From a virus, in IMG/VR virus record IMGVR_UViG_3300025018_000051, positions 1 to 40,489 of that record: a DNA stretch of 40,489 nucleotides; one strand, written 5' to 3'. The translations under genes and the position numbers were made by a program. Below, piece by piece: positions 8,345 to 14,885 of this stretch (position 1 is the first letter of the stretch; each line of letters opens with the position of its first letter). The notes under the pieces are model-generated. The model made no database searches. It saw nothing but the letters and a program-made list of their open reading frames with translations, and was not told where the DNA came from.

Positions 8345-8814
8345 AAAAATTTCCTTCCATAATGCGCCAGCAAGGCCGCTTCGGCGCGTCCATCGTCTTT
8401 AACCCTGCCAATATCCTTTGAGGTCTGCGGATAGAGGCTACGACACTTCTCCCGGCTTGCGCCCTTGTCACTCTTGAGTAATCCGAGTTTACCTTTCCAG
8501 ACGCTCGGAGTGACAAAATGCACCGGGCAGCTTGTCACTGACATGACGATACCGTGAGCAAAGCCAAGGGAACGACCAAAAGTGAACATCGAAGTCACAC
8601 CCTGTCCTGGACGCGCTGCAATATCCTCGATTACAACCATATCGACCGACGCCTGATCCAGTGCGAAATACCACATTTCAGCCCACAGGTTCCATGCCGG
8701 CTTGGCTTTTCCTTTGATCTTGACCATTGGCACATCGAAAAATTCAGCCGATCTGTCAGGATGCAGGATCGCCAATGCACCGGATTTACCAGGATCAATT
8801 CCAGCGATAATCAT
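8341..8814 (-). CDS. RuvC-like Holliday-junction resolvase
   Basis: MIIAGIDPGKSGALAIL..., ...MVVIEDIAARPGQG..., ...DDGRAEAALLAHY match the catalytic Asp/Glu blocks of RuvC-fold resolvases. ATGA overlap with the polymerase gene. Confidence 0.8.
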   Translation of the reverse strand: MIIAGIDPGKSGALAILHPDRSAEFFDVPMVKIKGKAKPAWNLWAEMWYFALDQASVDMVVIEDIAARPGQGVTSMFTFGRSLGFAHGIVMSVTSCPVHFVTPSVWKGKLGLLKSDKGASREKCRSLYPQTSKDIGRVKDDGRAEAALLAHYGRKFL

Positions 8815-11753
8815 TTCCGATACCTCAACATCTTTTCCACTTCGGCCTTGACCCGGAAGCGGCGTTCACGAGCCCAAGGCTCAATATCTTCCATCACTTG
8901 TTTGACAGTTTCGACCAGATCGGGCCGGTCGGTTTCCTCGAATACCAGTTCATCGTGAACCTTGAAAATCGTGTTCAATCCCGCAGCTTCGGCACGTTTC
9001 ATAGCTTCAACCATAAGGCACCGCGCACTGCCCTGGATGCAATCAGCAGTTAGCATTCCGTGCCAAGCCATGTGCCGTCTGAATTTCTTGCCCTGATAGG
9101 ACATGAAGGTCCAAGACGGTCGTTCATCGCCCTGTGGCGTGAGACTGATGGCCTTGCGCGGGCGATGATACCAAATCTTGCGACCCGAAGGTAGGCGCAT
9201 CGTGAGAAAGTCGTTTTCCTTACGAAACTCGATCCCGGCATATTCATAGGCTTTGGCGTGATCGCAATAGACCGCACTCGAACTCGCTTCCCATAGACCA
9301 TACCAGAATTTCGGCACCATCGGTGCGACCTCTTGCCGGTAGGTGTTAATCGCGAGCATCGCCAAGTCGATGCTCTCATTCGGTGCGAACCGCGCACGGA
9401 AGCCAACCGGACCCAAACCGTATCCTGAATTATGGACGATCATTGGACCTTCCGTAGTCATCACCGTAAATCGGTTTCTAGGACCGGCATTCACAAGATC
9501 GTAAACAGGCTCGCAACATTTCGATTTCTTCGAGTGCTTCATCCAATCGACCTTGCAGGGTGGATATGTCCCTACGATTGTTGTGGTTTTGTGTTCGGGT
9601 CGCGAAGCGTAAATTACCCGGCTCATAATTTCCATCATTATTGATGCGGTCGATTTCCATAGATGGATCATCCCATCCTTCAAGTGTGAGAAGGTAGGCA
9701 AGAAACTTTCGTTTGGGTTCAGTTGAATTTTTACTCCATCTTCCTCCCGATGAATCCCATTCTGGATACACTCTAATGCCTCGTCCTGCATAGTGTTTGG
9801 CAAATTTGCTACTCCCACCAACGCGGCAGCGAGATTGGATTGAGGAAATACGATTGAGCAAACGTATCCTGTGGGTTGTATTCGCACAAATGTCTGCGTA
9901 TCCCCAGTATTTTTTTTGTGCCGTATTTGCTGCTTTTTTCTTTGCACAAGAATTGCAGCCTTGGGAACGTCCACTTTTGAAATTGTATTCCTCCACAAAG
10001 ACCGGACCATTCCCACAATTGCATTCACAAACTGGCCCGTAAAAATACCCTTGTGGTGTGTATGCGTAACCGAGCACGGTCCACGATCCTTGGCGAAGGC
10101 CAGGGTTCGGGAAATCATCTGTCCGGTCGCTTCGCCTGCGGGGAACCACGACACCCCATCGAACACCGCGTGATCGGTCGTGAGGCGAAGGCCGCAAATA
10201 TTCAAAGTTTCCTTCAAGCCCTTGTATGCGAGTCCGTTGTGCGTAACCCATTCTTCTCCGTCCCATAGCAAATCCTCTTGTTGAACCTCGACAATGGCTT
10301 TCCAACCATTAGAAGTTAATACTTGAGTTGGGGCAGCTAGGCAACCAAGAAACGTGTTCTTGCCAATCTGGCCTTCTTTGGCTTGTACTGGATCCTTGCG
10401 ATTGATCGGACGCTTGAAAATCATTGAAGCGGTTTCGGAATACACATCGAGCCCTGAGTGCATCTGCTCAACCCGGTCGTGCTGTCCTGCCATCGAAAGC
10501 AGGTTGCGCGCTTCGATGGCTGCATAGTCACTGCCGACCAGAACCTTGCCTTGCTCCGGCACGATGCAGGATCGTAAGGATGAAATGATTGCCGAGAATA
10601 TATCCTGCCCCCAAATCTCCCTGATATGTTCCACGTTGCGGGTCAGGATTGCATCGGCAAGAATATCAGCCGGGTTTCGACCAGTTGATTCTGCAATCTC
10701 TTGCAGGTGTTCATGTTCCCCGATCTCACCGCGAGGATAATTCTGTATCTGGATCAATCGGCCAGCATCACGACCAGTTCGAGCACCATGATACTGTGTG
10801 GTATATCTTACCCGCCCATCACCGCCAGCACAGCGCAGCATTCGATCCAGCTTGGCAACCGAAGAGGAGGCCAAAGCGCGCCGAAGCGTCAGAACCTCGT
10901 GAACGTGATAAGGGAGAGGATCAGAAAAATATTCAATTCCAAATTCGTCATCTGGATCAAGGATTGCGTTCAAGGTTTCTTTCTTCATGTCACCAAGAGC
11001 AACACCTTGATCGTTTACCCAATTCAATACTTTCTCACGCTGAGTGGGATTTAATCCGGTCAATTCACGGAAGCGCTCGACCATCGGCACTCGCACCTGA
11101 TCCAGTACGTTGATGCAAGCATGCACAAATTCAACGTCGATTTTAATACCGCGCTGATTGATTTTCTGATCGAGTATCCATGTATGACGTTCGGAAGGTC
11201 CGAGCCCTTTGGTCGAAACATAGACGCCGTATTGAGCGTTGGCATCGTCACCGCAATAATCATAAAGACGTTTCAGATTATATTCGTTGTGCTGCGACCA
11301 GCCACCTTTCTGGTCAGGCTTACGCATGACGAGCATGTGCCTGTGGCCATCCATATCCTTCTTAACAGGCAATTCCAGCGCCGTTACGAGTGCATCGAGC
11401 CCTAGCGGTAGTCCTTTCATTGCAGCGACTGCCATAGTGTCGTGCCAGCGCTCAGGCGGCAATTCAGGATACCCAATCGGGACCATATGAAATTTCCACA
11501 TGGCCTGCTCGAAGCCAGCATTATGGGCAACAAAGATCACTTCAGAATCATTGCACAAAGTAAGCAATTCCACGTCGAGCGAGTGCATCTGTTTTTCAGA
11601 AAGAACACGAGTAGGTTGCGGCTTTCCGTCAATCACAACCTTCATTGAAATACACAACGGGAAGGTTGTCATGTCGGCAGCGTATTTCCATGCTCCAACC
11701 TTCACCAGGTCCGTACGGCTGGCGGTTTCAAAATCGACTACAACGTATTTCAA
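8811..11753 (-). CDS. family-A DNA polymerase (3'-5' exo + pol) interrupted by an intein in motif B
   Basis: ExoI VVDFET, ExoII-like FVAHNAGFE, motif A GSDYAAIEARNL, motif B split as QIGKNTFLG / SGYGLG, and motif C KVHDELVFE. The TTG start at 11753 is required to include ExoI, because an in-frame TAA lies directly upstream. Confidence 0.9.
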   Translation of the reverse strand: MKYVVVDFETASRTDLVKVGAWKYAADMTTFPLCISMKVVIDGKPQPTRVLSEKQMHSLDVELLTLCNDSEVIFVAHNAGFEQAMWKFHMVPIGYPELPPERWHDTMAVAAMKGLPLGLDALVTALELPVKKDMDGHRHMLVMRKPDQKGGWSQHNEYNLKRLYDYCGDDANAQYGVYVSTKGLGPSERHTWILDQKINQRGIKIDVEFVHACINVLDQVRVPMVERFRELTGLNPTQREKVLNWVNDQGVALGDMKKETLNAILDPDDEFGIEYFSDPLPYHVHEVLTLRRALASSSVAKLDRMLRCAGGDGRVRYTTQYHGARTGRDAGRLIQIQNYPRGEIGEHEHLQEIAESTGRNPADILADAILTRNVEHIREIWGQDIFSAIISSLRSCIVPEQGKVLVGSDYAAIEARNLLSMAGQHDRVEQMHSGLDVYSETASMIFKRPINRKDPVQAKEGQIGKNTFLGCLAAPTQVLTSNGWKAIVEVQQEDLLWDGEEWVTHNGLAYKGLKETLNICGLRLTTDHAVFDGVSWFPAGEATGQMISRTLAFAKDRGPCSVTHTHHKGIFTGQFVNAIVGMVRSLWRNTISKVDVPKAAILVQRKKQQIRHKKNTGDTQTFVRIQPTGYVCSIVFPQSNLAAALVGVANLPNTMQDEALECIQNGIHREEDGVKIQLNPNESFLPTFSHLKDGMIHLWKSTASIMMEIMSRVIYASRPEHKTTTIVGTYPPCKVDWMKHSKKSKCCEPVYDLVNAGPRNRFTVMTTEGPMIVHNSGYGLGPVGFRARFAPNESIDLAMLAINTYRQEVAPMVPKFWYGLWEASSSAVYCDHAKAYEYAGIEFRKENDFLTMRLPSGRKIWYHRPRKAISLTPQGDERPSWTFMSYQGKKFRRHMAWHGMLTADCIQGSARCLMVEAMKRAEAAGLNTIFKVHDELVFEETDRPDLVETVKQVMEDIEPWARERRFRVKAEVEKMLRYRK
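9429..10343 (-). mobile_element. class-1 intein (305 codons) in PolA motif B
   Basis: Cys1 codon at 10343-10341 (CLAAPTQVLTSNGW = block A), LRLTTDHAVF (block B), EPVYDLVNAGPRNRFTV (block F), GPMIVHN|S (block G, +1 Ser codon at 9428-9426). The exteins rejoin to ...GKNTFLGSGYGLG... Confidence 0.85.
9478..10077 (-). CDS. HNH-type homing endonuclease ORF encoded in the -1 frame inside the PolA intein (start uncertain; ORF open up to 10305)
   Basis: WTVLGYAYTPQGYFYGPVCECNCGNGPVF...KSGRSQGCNSC, then YAGRGIRVYPEW and EIDRINNDGNYEPGNLRFATRTQNHNNRR. These are hallmarks of free-standing phage HNH endonucleases (from memory). The candidate GTG start at 10077 lies 9 nt after AAGGA. Confidence 0.7.
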   Translation of the reverse strand: MLGYAYTPQGYFYGPVCECNCGNGPVFVEEYNFKSGRSQGCNSCAKKKAANTAQKKYWGYADICANTTHRIRLLNRISSIQSRCRVGGSSKFAKHYAGRGIRVYPEWDSSGGRWSKNSTEPKRKFLAYLLTLEGWDDPSMEIDRINNDGNYEPGNLRFATRTQNHNNRRDISTLQGRLDEALEEIEMLRACLRSCECRS

Positions 11754-11833
11754 TTATTTTGATCCTTGATCCATTCGCGTTCAAGATCACAAAGCCCCGC
11801 CACAATCCGTTCGATTTCTTCTTTCTCAGTCAT
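11750..11833 (-). CDS. possible 27-aa leader ORF coupled to the polymerase start
   Basis: The ATG (11833) ORF reads MTEKEEIERIVAGLCDLEREWIKDQNN. Its TGA overlaps the TTG start of PolA (TTGA). It is too short for independent support. Confidence 0.25.
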   Translation of the reverse strand: MTEKEEIERIVAGLCDLEREWIKDQNN

Positions 11834-11928
11834 GCGGTGCCTCCATTAATTGACAGACTAGTTTCCCTAGTCCGGCCTGTCAGCAGACTCTCCGCAGGTT
11901 AACACCATACGGAATTTCTATTCAAAAA

Positions 11929-12657
11929 TCACCAGGCGGGTTCTTCGGTCTTTTCCAAATCAGAATTGCTCGGAGCCCCTGCGGTCGGGTCGAAATCGGA
12001 ATATCCAGCGAAATCACCAAATACCTGACTGTTATCTGCACCGCCCCCACTTGCCAGCCGTTCACCCTTGCGAACGAACAAGCAATTTTGCAGGTAGGCA
12101 GTTACTCCGTCCTTGGCATCCAGAGTCTTGCGCCGGAAGGGTTTGAAGGCAATCGCCGGAACCACATAGGCGCCGGGATAGAACAAATCCTTGCCAGCCG
12201 AAGCGCGAGCATGTTCCTCATCGGGAATATCGACGATCTTCCCACCTTCCAGTTTTGCAAGTGCAACATCAAACTGCGATGAAGCGGTCAAGATACCGGC
12301 ATAGGGCACATAGATTTCCGCACGCTTCTCGGCTTTTTCCTTGATCTTGAAAACCTCATCTGGACTTTTGCCAGTCGCATCGAGTTCAGCCTTCTGCATT
12401 GCCCGTTGACCGGCCATCTTGCCGCTCTGACAGGCCAAGTAGTAATCACCGGGGTTGCCGGAAAAACTGCCCATTTCCGCAGTGATGCTGTTGACCATGA
12501 TTGCCACGATCGCATCGAAATCTTCCTTCTCGATACCGAACGTGCCGGAAAATTTCGGTGTAGCATTCACCACACCGCGAGGGGCAGATTTTGTCGTGAC
12601 CGACGAATAGATAAGCCGCGCAGGCTTGACGAGAGTGTAGCGAATTGTTTCAGCCAT
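11929..12657 (-). CDS. DUF2815-type phage ssDNA-binding protein (probable)
   Basis: ATG12657 is preceded by AGGAAG-N5. The product starts MAETIRYTLVKPARLIYSSV... and has the acidic/aromatic tail ...DLEKTEEPAW. It sits between a DUF2800-type nuclease and PolA, a gene trio I recall as conserved. Confidence 0.55.
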   Translation of the reverse strand: MAETIRYTLVKPARLIYSSVTTKSAPRGVVNATPKFSGTFGIEKEDFDAIVAIMVNSITAEMGSFSGNPGDYYLACQSGKMAGQRAMQKAELDATGKSPDEVFKIKEKAEKRAEIYVPYAGILTASSQFDVALAKLEGGKIVDIPDEEHARASAGKDLFYPGAYVVPAIAFKPFRRKTLDAKDGVTAYLQNCLFVRKGERLASGGGADNSQVFGDFAGYSDFDPTAGAPSNSDLEKTEEPAW

Positions 12658-12729
12658 TGTTACTTCCTTTTGTCCCTTCGTTGACTTTCTCATTCCGATA
12701 CGGGGACGCAGCATCAGGTGAGTGTTTGG

Positions 12730-13944
12730 TCAAAATCCCATCTGTTCGGGCGATTGAGCAAAATTCTCAAACACGGCCTTGTTACCTTTCGGTTTGGCTT
12801 CGGGACGTGGATCTGAAAGAGGCGCAACGGACAGGCCGGTGCTCTCAGGCTTGTATCCATATTCCAATGCCATTTCCTTGCCGCGACTGGAAAGCTTCTC
12901 GACCTGTGCAGGGCTTTTGACCTTACGCGGTTCATACGCCTTGTCTCCGAACGCTTCAAGCAGTGCTGCTTGCGCCCCAGGCTTCCACACGCGCGCTGTG
13001 CGCTTCTCGACCAGCTTGGCGCTTTGGAAGCTGCCCCCACCCACCAATCGGGCATGGACGGTCGATTCCAGCGCATTCATGAAGCGGCGCGCATTATCAC
13101 GCTCGGCATAGAGTTCATCAAGTTCTTCATTGGTAAGCATGGCGATAAAATCTCCTTCTCCTGCGGCGTATTTTTTGAACGCTGCTTGCATCTTGGGGCA
13201 GTCCAGAAGCACCGGACAAAACTGACAGTGATCACCTGTGACAAAATCGCTTTCGTCAACGTCCTTGCCTGACATGAGAAATTCCATGCGCGGCAGAAGT
13301 TCGTTATACCCCCAATCCAGTACATATCCCAAGGTCGTTTCCCAAATATCCGGTTCCTCGAAAAGACCGTAAAAATTGGGTTGCACGATCCCGAGTGAGA
13401 CTTTCAAATCGCGCGAAGCTTTCTGCAAATTTGCATCGGCCATGATCATCAAGAAAGTGTAGTAAAGAAGCTGCTTGTTAAGTATCGCGGCAACGCCGAC
13501 ACCTTCACCGTTCTTGTAGTCGCGAAGATAGATACCGTCCTCAAGCGACCAGAAACCAAAATCGACCGTGCCGCGCAGCAATGGATGGATTTCGGGCAGG
13601 TGTATCGTTTCCTCGATCAGCAGCGAGCCCTTGGCCTTGCGGCGATCCAGAATGTCCATGCACTCGTTGAAATAGACCTGTGCAGCATCGAGTGAGATAC
13701 CATCAGGCCAACCCGCCAGATACCCTCCAAATTCCTCTCCGAGAAATTCGTATGGCTCGATCGCTTCACCAACGGCGCGAGCACACAATTCATGTGCAGC
13801 CGTACCGAGTTTGGCAAATTCGCTTTCGATGTTTTCAAATTCACCGGCTTCAAGCTGCGCGCGGTGCAGCAGGAACGATCCTGTGCAGGTCATGAAGCGA
13901 TGCGCGCCGGAACCTCCGAGCGGAGAGTGTTCGAGTTCGATCAT
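12730..13944 (-). CDS. DUF2800-type PD-(D/E)XK (Cas4-like) nuclease
   Basis: N-terminus HSPLGGSGAHRFMTCTGSFLL plus the C-terminal Cys cluster GDHCQFCPVLLDCP are typical of the Cas4/DUF2800 recombination exonucleases found next to phage PolA (from memory). Confidence 0.7.
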   Translation of the reverse strand: MIELEHSPLGGSGAHRFMTCTGSFLLHRAQLEAGEFENIESEFAKLGTAAHELCARAVGEAIEPYEFLGEEFGGYLAGWPDGISLDAAQVYFNECMDILDRRKAKGSLLIEETIHLPEIHPLLRGTVDFGFWSLEDGIYLRDYKNGEGVGVAAILNKQLLYYTFLMIMADANLQKASRDLKVSLGIVQPNFYGLFEEPDIWETTLGYVLDWGYNELLPRMEFLMSGKDVDESDFVTGDHCQFCPVLLDCPKMQAAFKKYAAGEGDFIAMLTNEELDELYAERDNARRFMNALESTVHARLVGGGSFQSAKLVEKRTARVWKPGAQAALLEAFGDKAYEPRKVKSPAQVEKLSSRGKEMALEYGYKPESTGLSVAPLSDPRPEAKPKGNKAVFENFAQSPEQMGF

Positions 13945-14105
13945 TGCTCGCGCTCCGCAAGACAGGCAATGTTCTCAGCAGTGCGCCGGATAGTTTCACC
14001 GTCCCCGCCACCTGAACACACCAAATCCCAAAGAATTTTCTCAATTTTGTCGGTAAGTGACTGCTTGCGAACCATATCAATTTTCCCTTCTATTCGTTGT
14101 TTCAT
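13941..14105 (-). CDS. small hypothetical ORF (44-54 aa)
   Basis: Its TGA overlaps the ATG of the nuclease gene (ATGA). The internal ATG14075 has GAAGGGA 8 nt upstream. Below the track size cut-off. Confidence 0.3.
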   Translation of the reverse strand: MKQRIEGKIDMVRKQSLTDKIEKILWDLVCSGGGDGETIRRTAENIACLAEREQ

Positions 14106-14158
14106 CGTGGTTGGCAGACTTTATCCGGTCTGCCAGCGGAGCGACGAGCCGAGGGCTC

Positions 14159-14884
14159 TTATCCTGCAAATTCGATCCCAGCGACCTTCTCAATTTCCGT
14201 GACAAATTCAGCGCGTTTGTCGGTCGGTACATTGCGCGAATGGGCAACCTCACCTTCGAGTGTGAATTTGGCGATCAGTTCCTTGATCGGAGAAGGATCA
14301 CCTAGTTTGACTGCTGCCTGATTGCACACAGCGCCAAGATCAGCGTCAGTAAATTTGCGCGCAGGAACGTTGGCCTTTGCTTCTTCCTGCGCTTCTTCGG
14401 CTTTTGCAGCCGCAGCACGGAAAGCTGCAAATTCATCGTCCTCATCCTGCGATGCATCGGCAGATGCAGGTTCCTCGATCAGCGTAGAACCAGCCGGTTC
14501 CGTCACAGTATCGGCAATCTCTGCTTCCGGGGAAGGTGCCGAAGTCTCGGAAGGTGTTTCGTCCTTCGGAAATCCCGGCATCGGATCAGGACGGGTTGCC
14601 CCTGGCTTCATGCGCCACAAACCTTCCTTGGTCTGCGTCTTGGTCGAAGCATGAAGTTCCTCGTTCCAGACATGGCCGTGCGCGTCGATTTCCTGATCTT
14701 CGCTTGCCGGTTCAGGTTGTGCAAATGTCTCGGTTGGTTCCGACACAACTTCCGGCAGTGTCGGAGATTTTACGAGAGTCGGGGTAGACACGACAACAGC
14801 GGTGCCAGTGAGAGCCCGAGCAATCACCTTGAGTTCATTAAGTGCCTCCGTTGCGCAGTCACCGTGAATTTCAATCTTGATCAT
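14159..14884 (-). CDS. acidic, low-complexity replication-module protein carrying a 35-aa module shared with 35671..35964
   Basis: 241 aa with Pro/Glu/Thr/Ala-rich linkers, the module DAHGHVWNEELHASTKTQTKEGLWRMKPGATRPDP, and a folded-looking C-terminus. It starts 1 nt after the SNF2 gene ends. Confidence 0.55.
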   Translation of the reverse strand: MIKIEIHGDCATEALNELKVIARALTGTAVVVSTPTLVKSPTLPEVVSEPTETFAQPEPASEDQEIDAHGHVWNEELHASTKTQTKEGLWRMKPGATRPDPMPGFPKDETPSETSAPSPEAEIADTVTEPAGSTLIEEPASADASQDEDDEFAAFRAAAAKAEEAQEEAKANVPARKFTDADLGAVCNQAAVKLGDPSPIKELIAKFTLEGEVAHSRNVPTDKRAEFVTEIEKVAGIEFAG

Positions 14885-14885
14885 T

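Noticed and set aside
9050-9406. Other same-strand alternative-frame ORFs inside large genes, examined as further overprinted genes. Examples are 9050..9406 in PolA, 17150..17485 in the SNF2 intein, 31144..31590 in the portal gene and 37967..38359.
   Set aside because: Their translations have no recognisable motifs and are Arg/Ser/Cys-rich. Their lengths are within what GC-moderate coding DNA yields by chance. They do not resemble the HNH and MTase cases.
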